17,648 nucleotides of DNA from Candidatus Hermodarchaeota archaeon (GCA_016840065.1 JAEOTB010000034.1:1-17648), one strand, 5' to 3'; shown: positions 6,936-16,645, counted from the stretch's first letter. Translations and numbers: made by a program. Notes: generated from the sequence alone by a model not told the origin.

Positions 6936-9900
6936 GTGAGTACAATAATGATATCAGGTCCACCAATCCTCCTTGATGAGATAGGTCTTTCCGCAACCCT
7001 TCGCTCCAAATTGAAAACTGCTGGTATAGATGAATTATCTCAGATATTCTTGGAGGAGGGAAAACTCAGAGATGTTTTAGAGCTAGCGTCTATCGCTGGG
7101 TGTTCAATACAGGAGGGATTGGAGATTCGTCAGAAGGGGCGCCGGCACCTCATAGGTCTCCTCGCTGAAATCGCTGCAAAGCGAAAGATAGACCCCCTCG
7201 ATATTCTTTGGAAAACCCACTGGCTCTTGGGAGTGGTTCCGTCTGGTGAACAACGCAAGGAAGGATTGGCAAAAGAATATGAAGCAATAACAAGTGTTTC
7301 TGAAACACTCGAGTCGGCAAAAGCTGAAGCGATTGATCGTTTGATTATCATCCTTCTTCATAGGACCCTGTTCATTTCTGGTGTTTATGACAAAAAAGCG
7401 CTTGAGCAACTCATTGCCATCGCAGAGAAGTTCCAGCGAGCCTCCTTGTTAGCCTATCACATCGTGAAATCAAAAGACAGTCTGATGACAGTTGTAGAAG
7501 CTGAAAAACCTGCTCAACAAGTTGTTGCATTGAGAAAAACCAGCTCATCTTGGAACCAAATCTCCAAGGTCTTAGAAGAACGGAAGGAATCAATGGGGCA
7601 AAAAATACTGACAGCTAGGCGTGCAGCTGATAGTTTAGCAGTTCTAGATTTAAGTGAAAAGCATCTCATGGATCGTATTAAACAAACAATGACCACTACG
7701 AAACTCCGACAATCCCAACTAACACAGATAACTGCTTTGATGAATATTGCTGTCGAGTTGCGTGATGCCCATCTTGTTGCAAGTTTAGCAGAAAGAGCCA
7801 GCAGGATTTGGTTTGAGCTGGCACAGGGAAAAACTGGTAGCAAACTGATTGATCATCTTCTGCGAAGTATTCGCTTCGCACGTACTGCATCGCTCTATAA
7901 TCGTATCCTTGATGATTCCGATACATCCGCGAGAGTGTTTGATCACCTATCTCATCTTCTCTCCGAGTTCCCCATGGAAGATACCAAGGCTCTGCTAGAA
8001 ACCACAATGGCCGTAATGAATACCTTTGTGCGTACGATTCCGTTGCTCAATCGACAGTCAGATGAAAAGAGGATTCTCACCTGTACACACAGAATTCTTC
8101 AAATAGTCACTACCTTAAGTCAGCGACTTGTTGAAAAGGAGAAAAATCTCCGCCTTCAAAAACTCAAAACCGATTTCTTACAATCAATACTCAACCAACT
8201 GGAACTTCTAGGTGCATCTCCTGAAGCCCTCCGTGAGGGGCGCCGCGAACTCGTCCGAGCTCTGTTAGAACTCGAAGGGAAAGCAGTTGAAGCGGAACAG
8301 AAGGCTTTACTTGATCAAGCATCGTTGCACGCAAATAAGATTCTAGACTCAGTAGACCCGAAGACTCAACCTAATCCCCAAGATTTAGAGGTTGTTTCTT
8401 CCGTTGTTGCGCGACTTTCAAAACGACCGAGAGGAGAACTAGATAGGAACGCTCAACAATTAATGAAACGTAGCCACCAAATTAACGAACAAATCTATAA
8501 CCAAACTAAGGATTCTGCGATTAGAGGACAATTGGCTCTTCAACTCTTGTTAGCAGAAATGTCACCAGATTCAATTGGTGTTCTTTCTCCATCTTCTGAA
8601 TCTATCCAGTTCGAGAAACTTGAAGAATATGCTACAACCGCTTTACTTGAAAATGCCAAGACCAAGCATAGACTCAATGCCCTAAAGGCAGGGGCGGTCC
8701 TTATTGGTCTACTTCTTAGACAGTCGTACACAGTCAGTGACGAAAAACAACGTCAGCAACTGAAAGATGATGCGAGAGATTTCACTAGCAAAACGCTAGC
8801 CTTCATGCCTCCAGTAGAAGAGATTACTGGAGAAGCCTACCCCTATGCACTTCTTCTCCTTCGAAGCCTCAATGATTTAGTTGTTGGTGAACAACCCACT
8901 GCTGATTCTGAATGGAAGGCACTACTACAGAAATGTGAGCATTTAGCGACAACACTAGCTGCCGCTTCAGCAAAACGGCAAGACACCGACAATCAATTAC
9001 TAGCATTTAGTGCAGCAGCTGCCGCAACCGCATCATTAGCTTCCATCCAGCCCAGTGGATCCGAGCGAACCCGCCTTTTTATTCGGGCTACAAAGCAAAT
9101 TGAAAAAGCCCTCAATGTTGCCTCGAAGAAGGATAAGCCTGAGAGTATTGCTGCGATTATTGCACAATATAACAAGATTATGCGCTCCCGTCTTTCGACG
9201 ACTATTGATATCGAAAAACATATGGCCTTTTTCGATGAATGGAGTCGCACCTGCAGCCAGGCTGCAGAACTGCTTGAACAATCAGAGAATCTTGCGGGTA
9301 AAGTGAAAGCGTCCTGTATTCTTAACACGGAAATCCCTCTCGAATTCTTAAGACTAGGTAGAGGCACTCAGGACATTGAAAAAGCCAAACGGAAAATTGC
9401 ATCACTTCTGAGGATAGTCGAGGAAATTGGTGACAAACAACAAAGAGAGCTAGCAAGTCAGTTAGAGCGCCGTTGGGCTTTCCAATTGGGTGCTGACGCA
9501 ATTCTGGTGTCAGGTTTTCGAATCGAGGCAACAAAAACAGGTTTTACTCTTGCAGACGAGAAGTACAGGATTAGTCTGAAAATTATTGAATCAATTGCCA
9601 TCGCTGGTACATCATCTCCTCCTAGTGATAGCTTTCTTTATCTACGTCTTACTTCTAGACCCGACTCTGTTGTGTGGTATGATGTTAACCCCGCTCTCTA
9701 TTCAGTTTTTAATGAATCAGGAATATATCGTTGGCTTACAATTGATGAGGCGTCAGAAACTAGTGCTATTATTAGAGTGGAACTAAACACGCAACAGAAT
9801 AAGGCAATTGTTTACTTGGTAGAAATGGCTGCTTCAGAGGTTCCTGTTCAGGATGAAGAAGGTGCGACGGTAAGATTTTCTGATGGCGAACTCCGAATCC

Positions 9901-10013
9901 TACATACGGTCACTACAACCGAATACCGTCAACAATACGGTAAAATCGGCATCGAATTAAACGTGGTTCCAGAAATTCCTGAAACTTTGAAGATGCGTCT
10001 AGAACTTTCATGA
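6936..10013 (+). CDS. Large hypothetical protein: N-terminal RadA-like HhH domain, long alpha-solenoid, beta-rich C-terminus
   Basis: 1025-aa ORF. N-terminus IGLSATLRSKLKTAGI...ELASIAGCS resembles the RadA/Rad51 HhH domain; aa ~100-850 are A/L/E/K/Q-rich amphipathic helices; the last ~165 aa show alternating beta-strand patterns. Alternative start ATG 6948 after GGTGA. The ORF is well supported; the domain calls are tentative. Confidence 0.7.
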   Translation: MSTIMISGPPILLDEIGLSATLRSKLKTAGIDELSQIFLEEGKLRDVLELASIAGCSIQEGLEIRQKGRRHLIGLLAEIAAKRKIDPLDILWKTHWLLGVVPSGEQRKEGLAKEYEAITSVSETLESAKAEAIDRLIIILLHRTLFISGVYDKKALEQLIAIAEKFQRASLLAYHIVKSKDSLMTVVEAEKPAQQVVALRKTSSSWNQISKVLEERKESMGQKILTARRAADSLAVLDLSEKHLMDRIKQTMTTTKLRQSQLTQITALMNIAVELRDAHLVASLAERASRIWFELAQGKTGSKLIDHLLRSIRFARTASLYNRILDDSDTSARVFDHLSHLLSEFPMEDTKALLETTMAVMNTFVRTIPLLNRQSDEKRILTCTHRILQIVTTLSQRLVEKEKNLRLQKLKTDFLQSILNQLELLGASPEALREGRRELVRALLELEGKAVEAEQKALLDQASLHANKILDSVDPKTQPNPQDLEVVSSVVARLSKRPRGELDRNAQQLMKRSHQINEQIYNQTKDSAIRGQLALQLLLAEMSPDSIGVLSPSSESIQFEKLEEYATTALLENAKTKHRLNALKAGAVLIGLLLRQSYTVSDEKQRQQLKDDARDFTSKTLAFMPPVEEITGEAYPYALLLLRSLNDLVVGEQPTADSEWKALLQKCEHLATTLAAASAKRQDTDNQLLAFSAAAAATASLASIQPSGSERTRLFIRATKQIEKALNVASKKDKPESIAAIIAQYNKIMRSRLSTTIDIEKHMAFFDEWSRTCSQAAELLEQSENLAGKVKASCILNTEIPLEFLRLGRGTQDIEKAKRKIASLLRIVEEIGDKQQRELASQLERRWAFQLGADAILVSGFRIEATKTGFTLADEKYRISLKIIESIAIAGTSSPPSDSFLYLRLTSRPDSVVWYDVNPALYSVFNESGIYRWLTIDEASETSAIIRVELNTQQNKAIVYLVEMAASEVPVQDEEGATVRFSDGELRILHTVTTTEYRQQYGKIGIELNVVPEIPETLKMRLELS

Positions 10014-10020
10014 TTTCTAA

Positions 10021-10638
10021 CTACAAGAATGATAGTAGTCCCCATAGGAACCAATAGACGCTGCCCGTGACAAACATTGCGATTATTACTCCACCAACTA
10101 GTTGAGCCACAGTATGAAGGGCTTGTCGCCAACGTGCCCAGCCCACAACACAGGTAAGAAGGAGGAAAGGCGTGGCAATTAGCCCATAAACCCAGATAAG
10201 AGCAGTTACTGGTCCTGCAACACCTGCCGTGTGCGCGGATACTTTCCAAAAAAGACTCGTGAGAGCGATAGCTGAAGTAACTCCGACATAAGCAGCTGCG
10301 ATGAAAGCCATACTGAAATTCTGAAAAATCCAAGCGAGAAGAGCACCCAGACCATAAACGATGATCGCAGCAAAATATAGGACAGGGCGATCCCTCCTGT
10401 TTTTCACATCGAAGGTCATTTTACCACGAGCCACCATGAATGAGAGCGGCATTACAGGACCTACAACAACAAATACTAATCCTAAAAGAAAGGATTGCCA
10501 ATTCACTAAAAGACCTGATCCGATAGGTGAATAAAAAGCAAAGGCTACAACAGCACCTAAAGCCACTGTTGGCGGCGATAGGAGCAATGAAAGAAACCGG
10601 GCAAGCCGGCTCGAAGATGAACTTTCTTGATCAGCCAT
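10021..10638 (-). CDS. PAP2-superfamily membrane phosphatase
   Basis: Multiple TM helices; KNRRDRP, KVSAHTAG and WARWRQALHTVAQ correspond to C1/C2/C3-like motifs. Confidence 0.75.
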   Translation of the reverse strand: MADQESSSSSRLARFLSLLLSPPTVALGAVVAFAFYSPIGSGLLVNWQSFLLGLVFVVVGPVMPLSFMVARGKMTFDVKNRRDRPVLYFAAIIVYGLGALLAWIFQNFSMAFIAAAYVGVTSAIALTSLFWKVSAHTAGVAGPVTALIWVYGLIATPFLLLTCVVGWARWRQALHTVAQLVGGVIIAMFVTGSVYWFLWGLLSFL

Positions 10639-10708
10639 AATCGTAGCCTCAGAATAAGCGCGCCAAACCTTATCTTAACTGGAATGCTTGTTGCATTATG
10701 ATAGGTAC

Positions 10709-11389
10709 CTACAAGTTCTCTAGGTGTAATCGATAAGAGTTGATGATGTCTACTCCCGAGCTTGTCCCTAGCCGAGTTGCACCTGCTTCTATGAAGCGAA
10801 GAGCCGCTTCAAAAGTGCGGATACCTCCTGAGGCTTTGACACCCATTGATTCACCGACCATCTCTCGCATCAGTTTGATATCCTCTACTGTTGCACCACT
10901 AGGACCAAAGCCTGTAGATGTTTTTACAAATTGGGCTCCACTTTCCTTGGCTAATATGCAGGCTTGTCGTTTTTCTGAAATCGTCAATAGACTTGTCTCT
11001 AAAATAACCTTGACCAGAGCTCCTTTTGCAGCATTGACAACTGCCTCGATGTCTTCGCGAACTACATCATAGTATTGATTTCGCAGCGCTCCAACGTTGA
11101 TGACCATATCCACTTCCTCAACACCTAGCTTCACAATTTCTTGTACTTCAAAGGCTTTTACACTTGGAAGAGTTGCCCCTAGAGGAAAACCAATCACTGT
11201 ACAGACTTTAACTGGCGAGGTATCCAGCAAATCTACAGCAAGCTTCGCATATACTGGGTTAACACAAACCGCAGCAAATTGATAGGCATCTGCATTCGTG
11301 CAGAGCTGCTCGATATTCCTAGTCGTAGCTTCTGGCTTGAGAAATGTATGATCTATATGCTGCGCAAGTTCATCCAAAGATACTTTCAT
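10709..11389 (-). CDS. deoC: Deoxyribose-phosphate aldolase
   Basis: IDHTFLKP, VIGFPLG, EVDMVIN, VKVILET, FVKTSTGF (Schiff-base Lys), VKASGGIR, RLGTSSG. Confidence 0.97.
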   Translation of the reverse strand: MKVSLDELAQHIDHTFLKPEATTRNIEQLCTNADAYQFAAVCVNPVYAKLAVDLLDTSPVKVCTVIGFPLGATLPSVKAFEVQEIVKLGVEEVDMVINVGALRNQYYDVVREDIEAVVNAAKGALVKVILETSLLTISEKRQACILAKESGAQFVKTSTGFGPSGATVEDIKLMREMVGESMGVKASGGIRTFEAALRFIEAGATRLGTSSGVDIINSYRLHLENL

Positions 11390-11553
11390 TTTCGTTTGAC
11401 TCCTTTCAATGGATAATAATCACATTACTCTCTGCTAACTTGTTCCTGATATAAGTCCAGTTGAGTTTACGATTTAAGATGTTTACTTGTGATAGTACTT
11501 TCAGATGTATACTACCTGAAAGCTTTTCTTGTTCATTGTAGAAAGCGAAGTGA

Positions 11554-12648
11554 TTGACAATGGATTCTAAACGTATCGAATTATTACGTAAGCTAGTTGA
11601 TGGCTTCGGCCCCTCAGGATTTGAGAGAGAAGTCACCGCAATTGTAGCAAAAACAATGCGTCCAATAGCCGATGAAATCACAGTCGATAAGCTGGGTAGT
11701 GTCCAGTTCATTCGGAAGGGTACATCAGACAAGCCAAAAATCCTAATCACAGGTCACGTTGACGAAGTGGGCTTCATTGTTTCAGGGATTACAGATAAGG
11801 GGTTTATCAAGTTCAACACACTAGGCGGATGGTTTAGCCAAGTACTCCTTGGACACAGAGTAATCATTCGTACCCGGAAAGGCGACAAGTTCTTCGGAGT
11901 TATCGCTGCAAAACCCCCACATCTTCTAAAACCTGAGGTCAGAAACAAGGTTGTTCAACGAGAGGATATGTTCATAGATGTTGGAGCATCTTCAGATAAG
12001 GAAGTGAAGGAGATGGGAATCCAAATCGGTGATCCGATGATTCCTGATTCATCGTTTCAATTAATCCGTGATGGTAAACTTGCCGCAGCTAAGGCTTTTG
12101 ATGACCGACTCGGTGCACTTGTCGCTATGGAGGTCGTACGACAGCTCAAAGAAAAAGACATCAAACATCCAAATACCGTGATTGGAGCTGCGACTGTACA
12201 AGAGGAGGTAGGGCTGCGTGGCGCCCGGACCACAGCTCATATGACAGAACCAGATGTCGGCTTCGCTTTAGAAGTAGACATTGCCGGTGATGTCCCCGGT
12301 ATTAAACCCGAGGAAGCGCCTTCAAAACTTGGCGGCGGACCAAGTTTGTTAACTCTGGACCGTTCAATGATTCCTAACCAACCACTACTAGAGTTTGTAA
12401 TGGCAACTGCTGAAAAAGAAAAAATCCCATATCAACTAAGCCAGGTTGCAGGCGGGGGTACTGACGCTGGCGTTATTCACCTTGACCGAGCGGGGTGTCC
12501 AAGTCTAGTCATTGGTGTACCTACCAGACACATCCACTCTCACACAGGAATCTTAAACCTCAGCGACATCGACAACGCCATCAAGCTGTTAGTGGCAGTA
12601 GTTAAAGGGTTAGACAAGACTACAGTCAAAAGTTTCACGAAACTCTGA
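11554..12648 (+). CDS. M42 family (TET-like) aminopeptidase
   Basis: GPSGFE, GHVDEVG, KAFDDRLG, TVQEEVGLRGA, GGGTDAG, RHIHS metal-ligand motifs. The start may be ATG 11560. Confidence 0.95.
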   Translation: MTMDSKRIELLRKLVDGFGPSGFEREVTAIVAKTMRPIADEITVDKLGSVQFIRKGTSDKPKILITGHVDEVGFIVSGITDKGFIKFNTLGGWFSQVLLGHRVIIRTRKGDKFFGVIAAKPPHLLKPEVRNKVVQREDMFIDVGASSDKEVKEMGIQIGDPMIPDSSFQLIRDGKLAAAKAFDDRLGALVAMEVVRQLKEKDIKHPNTVIGAATVQEEVGLRGARTTAHMTEPDVGFALEVDIAGDVPGIKPEEAPSKLGGGPSLLTLDRSMIPNQPLLEFVMATAEKEKIPYQLSQVAGGGTDAGVIHLDRAGCPSLVIGVPTRHIHSHTGILNLSDIDNAIKLLVAVVKGLDKTTVKSFTKL

Positions 12649-12669
12649 GTAGCTCGAACACAAAATTCA

Positions 12670-13377
12670 ATGAACAACTACAAGGGACTGCTGGTGCTAA
12701 AGCTAGTTGTGTTTGATTTGGATGGTACCTTGGTCACAGCGGAGATAGACTTTCTCGCGATGCGCCGCGCAATTCGAGACCTCTTTGTCAATCAGGGATT
12801 TCCAGCTGAGCTTCTACCAATGAACAGTACACAAGACCTACTACGTAGTGCATTCGCTTATGCTCACGACCAAGGAATGGCTATTATCGAGATTAGTAGG
12901 TTGAGAGACCAAGCATATGAACTCGCTATGAAGGAAGAGTGGAAGGGAGCAAGGAAGGCGAAAGTAGTTCCTGGCACACTTGAAACGCTGGAAGAGCTCC
13001 AGCGTCGGCATGTTGAGGTAGCGGTGTTGACTAATGATAATTCTCAGGTTGCTGATTATCTACTTGTTAAGTTTGGGCTTCTAAAATATGTGAGTTTAGT
13101 AATAAGTCGTGATGAAGCACCTCACATGAAACCTGCTACTGATGGTTTGGAAATGATTCTCCAACACTTCAAAACTACACCCGAAGAATCAATATTCATT
13201 GGGGATTCTACGATTGATATGCTGACCGCTAGTAAACTTGGAATGAAATGTATTGGCCGTATCTCAAAGGTAAGAACAGCAGAAGAGCTTCTAGCTGAAG
13301 GTGCTCTTGCTGTGTTTCCTACATTGACAGATTTGATTCCATATCTAGATAAACGGAACCTTATCCCACCGCCCTAA
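12670..13377 (+). CDS. HAD-superfamily hydrolase (phosphoglycolate phosphatase-like)
   Basis: Motif I FDLDGT, II LTN, III KP, IV IGDSTID. The start may be GTG 12694. Confidence 0.92.
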   Translation: MNNYKGLLVLKLVVFDLDGTLVTAEIDFLAMRRAIRDLFVNQGFPAELLPMNSTQDLLRSAFAYAHDQGMAIIEISRLRDQAYELAMKEEWKGARKAKVVPGTLETLEELQRRHVEVAVLTNDNSQVADYLLVKFGLLKYVSLVISRDEAPHMKPATDGLEMILQHFKTTPEESIFIGDSTIDMLTASKLGMKCIGRISKVRTAEELLAEGALAVFPTLTDLIPYLDKRNLIPPP

Positions 13378-13467
13378 TAGGGGAATATTGAGTCGTAAAA
13401 AACTAAAAGCCTTCAGAGAGTAAAGAGATAATAAACAACAGGTGCAAAGATAGGCGCGTGAAATTGA

Positions 13468-15126
13468 GTGCCAGATAATTTTGATCTCGAACAGTTATTA
13501 AAAAACGGGGAAACACGTAACACGGAATTCAAACGCATATTAACCAAACGTGACGCAGTGGGTGATAGACGATCGAAACTAATAGCTCAATTGAAGCTAA
13601 TATGTAGTGAAGGAGAAGGTCGTTTTATTATCGGAATTGAGGATATCCATGGGAGGCAGTGGGAAGTATATGGTCTGTCAGAAGAAAAGGTGAAGCAAAG
13701 CGAGCAAGTGCTCCGAGATCTATCTGAGGAAGCAGACCTTGACATACTTGAACAAACATACTTTCAAACCCCTAAGGGTTTTGTCGTGAGCTTCACCCTC
13801 TCCCAGATAATCACTCATGAGATACCAGAGACCTTAGCCATAAATATGATGGGACGGGTGAACTCGGGAAAAACCACTCTCACCGGTGTCCTCATTCAAT
13901 GTCAACTTGATAATGGAAGTGGGGCGGCAAGAGCGCCTTTACTAAAATATCCTCAGGAAGTTCGTCGTGGGCAAACAGCTGATCTCCACGTAACTTTTGC
14001 TGCAATAGATGATAAGGGTCAATTTATTCCTATGCCAGCTCCACTTGATAGGTCAAAACGAGGCCGGATATTCGATCAGGCTAAGCGTATTCTGACTATC
14101 TTTGACGCCCCAGGACATCAGGAATATGCTCGTACTATGATTAGAAGCGTTTTAGGAGCTTCAGCTCAATATGGGATGGTTTTAGTCCCGTGCCTAGATG
14201 AGCACAAACTTGTTGTTGCAGAAGAGCAACGAAGTGGCATTCGCCGCCTTGATGATATAACAAGGGAGCATCTGTTGTTAGTCTCAAATCAACAGCTGCC
14301 CTTTCTTGTGGTTATAACAAAGGTTGACATGTGCGATGATGGAATGCGCAGTAGAATACGTGACTTGGTTTTCTCAACTCTCAAAGAAATTGGTCATGTC
14401 CCACTTCGTGTTACTGTAGAAGAAGATGTACCTATTATCAGTCGGGAGATTGGCCATCGTGTCGTTGTACCTGTTTTTGAGGTAAGTTGTGTGACTGGAG
14501 CGGGTTTCGATTTATTGCGTCAGACACTAGCTACATTACCTACTCGCATTCCTGATGAACGTGTAGAGAAGCCTGCACTTGCATACATCGATAAGGTCTA
14601 TCGAGGAATCCACGGAACAACTGTTGTCGTTACAGGTACAGTTCTGGAAGGGATATTCAAACCTGGTCAGAAGGTGTTATGCGGACCTGACAAAGATGGC
14701 AAATTCATGAAAGGCCATATTGGATCCATAGAAGTATTCCAAAAGCGTGTAGAGCGTGTGAAGGCAGGAGATGTTTTTGGTTTTGACATCAAGCGTATTC
14801 GACCTGAGAAGGTGAGGAGAGGCCAAATTATCTGTGATGCAGATGCTGAGATACAATCAAGTAGAACATTTGATGCAACTATCATTGTAACTCGGCACCC
14901 AACCCGAATTCGTCCTGGCTACGAACCAGTCTTTCATAGTCACACTATTCAACAACCTGTCGTTTTTAAGAAAATTTTTGGAAGGGAGTATCTTGTTGTT
15001 GGTGATGTTGCCAAAGTCAGAATGACATTGAAGAAGGGACCTGAAACTATTCGAATTGGTGACCGCATAGTAACGCGTGAAGCGAATACACGTACCATTG
15101 GAAGCGTTGTAAAACTTATCTTGTAG
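13468..15126 (+). CDS. GTPBP1/2-family translational GTPase with N-terminal AlbA_2/Schlafen-like domain
   Basis: N-terminal GETRNTEFK...EGEGRFIIGIED; G1 GRVNSGKT, EVRRGQT, G3 DAPGH, G4 TKVD, G5 SCVTG; EF-Tu-like domains II and III (IDKVY...TVVVTGTV, HPTRIRPGYEPVFH). Confidence 0.88.
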   Translation: MPDNFDLEQLLKNGETRNTEFKRILTKRDAVGDRRSKLIAQLKLICSEGEGRFIIGIEDIHGRQWEVYGLSEEKVKQSEQVLRDLSEEADLDILEQTYFQTPKGFVVSFTLSQIITHEIPETLAINMMGRVNSGKTTLTGVLIQCQLDNGSGAARAPLLKYPQEVRRGQTADLHVTFAAIDDKGQFIPMPAPLDRSKRGRIFDQAKRILTIFDAPGHQEYARTMIRSVLGASAQYGMVLVPCLDEHKLVVAEEQRSGIRRLDDITREHLLLVSNQQLPFLVVITKVDMCDDGMRSRIRDLVFSTLKEIGHVPLRVTVEEDVPIISREIGHRVVVPVFEVSCVTGAGFDLLRQTLATLPTRIPDERVEKPALAYIDKVYRGIHGTTVVVTGTVLEGIFKPGQKVLCGPDKDGKFMKGHIGSIEVFQKRVERVKAGDVFGFDIKRIRPEKVRRGQIICDADAEIQSSRTFDATIIVTRHPTRIRPGYEPVFHSHTIQQPVVFKKIFGREYLVVGDVAKVRMTLKKGPETIRIGDRIVTREANTRTIGSVVKLIL

Positions 15127-15708
15127 TTATAGCTCATCAAATGCCCTTGCTAGTTGTGTTACTTTCCAGTGAAGCTCATCTAATGAACAGATGGTAGCTA
15201 GCGATGACTTGTCATAGACTAGGAAGTATCGTTTAGCCAATCCCTTAAGAGCTTCATCTGAAACATCAGGAAGGGATGCCCGAAGTACTACCAAGCCATA
15301 CTCTCCACTTCCTGCTGTTTTTGGTAATAAGCGGGCAGTAAGGAGTCCTTTTGAATCTATTTTTGTAGTGTATTGGCGGCGAAAGTGTCTCTTCGTTGTA
15401 GGGCCGATTCTCCTTAACTCAGCTCGAACGATTGAATCAACTTTTGCTGGCAACATGATGGAGAAGTATAATGTTAATCCCACGACTAGGGCAAGTGCAA
15501 TAGCTGTTGCCAAGGCTGCAGGCCAAACAAATGGATGCAGAACAGCTAGAAACAACCATTGAAGTGGTGGAATACTGGGAGAAGGTGTATAGGGAGGGCC
15601 TAATTGAGGTAATAATAGGAGGTTAATGCAGAGAATATAGGCACAAAGCGCGCTAACTACCCAGAGAATGGAGAGGAAAACCCACTCGACTAGATACTGC
15701 TCGCGCAT
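15127..15708 (-). CDS. Hypothetical membrane protein (two TM segments with a Pro-rich loop, soluble C-terminus)
   Basis: Hydrophobic segments flank PQLGPPYTPSPSIPP. ATG 15708 after AGGT removes the overlap with the upstream gene (track start 15756). Confidence 0.7.
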   Translation of the reverse strand: MREQYLVEWVFLSILWVVSALCAYILCINLLLLPQLGPPYTPSPSIPPLQWLFLAVLHPFVWPAALATAIALALVVGLTLYFSIMLPAKVDSIVRAELRRIGPTTKRHFRRQYTTKIDSKGLLTARLLPKTAGSGEYGLVVLRASLPDVSDEALKGLAKRYFLVYDKSSLATICSLDELHWKVTQLARAFDEL

Positions 15709-15727
15709 GATACCTGTCAATATTTTA

Positions 15728-16099
15728 TTATCTTTCTCCGCCAACTGACGTTCCATCCTCCAAGGCTTTCATATACAATTCTCGTGTCTTTATTCCATGA
15801 ACCTCGATCAGCTCCAGCAGAAAAGAGATGAGGGGGTGGAGATGGTTGCAACGAATTGAGTGAAGACGGGGAGTCAATCTATCTACGAGGATAAGTTCAT
15901 CTCTTTCTAATCGCTCTAATGGTCCTCGGTATAGGGACTTGGCTTTACCTGAATATCCGGTTAGCGTGATGATTTGTTTCCCAGAGGCAGCCCTAGGGTA
16001 GATGTGAGCGAGGGAAATTAGAATTCGCCGCTGAATTTCGCTCAGAGAAAGAAGCGACATCACTAAATCATAGGACATTCTGGGTGGTGTATTTGCCAA
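15728..16099 (-). CDS. Winged-helix domain protein
   Basis: LSEIQRRILISL...SLYRGPLERLERDELILV...IRCNHLHPL wHTH-like pattern; GGTG upstream of the TTG start. Confidence 0.65.
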   Translation of the reverse strand: MANTPPRMSYDLVMSLLSLSEIQRRILISLAHIYPRAASGKQIITLTGYSGKAKSLYRGPLERLERDELILVDRLTPRLHSIRCNHLHPLISFLLELIEVHGIKTRELYMKALEDGTSVGGER

Positions 16100-16334
16100 G
16101 CCTAAACACCGTAATTATTAACTCGGTTTTTATATGTCGTATTTCGGGGAAACATCTAAGGTTGCTTCCTCTGTTATATAGATGTTATAAGGATTTTTTC
16201 ATTCAGGAAGATAATAGGGATCTTGGGGAATTACTTTCTGTTTTTGAGGAGCTCGTTGGTTTCATGCTGTTTACCATCTCCTCTTACTGGATATTTGTGA
16301 GAAAATCATGAACATTGTGTACGTATTCACGCCG

Positions 16335-16373
16335 ATAAATATATATTTAAGTTCATAGAGATATATTTCAAGT
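16335..16373 (+). promoter_or_regulatory. Putative promoter/operator of the ArsR-family gene
   Basis: AT-rich TATA-like tract with ATATATTT repeated at 16341-16348 and 16361-16368, each followed by (C)AAGT. Confidence 0.4.
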
Positions 16374-16387
16374 GTACCAGCGGGAAG

Positions 16388-16645
16388 TTGAACCAAATGA
16401 TGATTGAAGGCATCAAAGTCGAAAAGGTGTTGCGTCATAGAACCCGTCGAATGATACTACAGACACTGAATGGTCAGCGTACCTTCCTGAGAGACATCGC
16501 TCGAGCCTTGGATATCCCACCAAGTACAGCTGCTTACCATCTAAAGCGATTGTTGTCAGCAGGACTTGTAGAGCAAAGACGAGGAGTATACCACTCTTTC
16601 TATTATTTGACTGAAACAGGCGAGCGGGTCGCCCAAGATTTTTAG
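16388..16645 (+). CDS. ArsR-family winged-helix transcriptional regulator
   Basis: LRHRTRRMILQTL...LRDIARALDIPPSTAAYHLKRLLSAGLV...YYLTETG; no Cys metal site. Confidence 0.88.
   Translation: MNQMMIEGIKVEKVLRHRTRRMILQTLNGQRTFLRDIARALDIPPSTAAYHLKRLLSAGLVEQRRGVYHSFYYLTETGERVAQDF

Noticed and set aside
7104-9786. Multiple short antisense or alternate-frame ORFs inside the 1025-aa gene (and similar ones in other genes)
   Set aside because: Fully nested in stronger genes, with no motifs or RBS support.
15124-15129. Convergent genes abutting with no gap (TAG|TTA)
   Set aside because: Common in compact archaeal genomes; no further structure seen.
16084-16311. 75-aa plus-strand ORF
   Set aside because: Covers the AT-rich divergent promoter region and overlaps the opposite gene's start; no recognisable motif.
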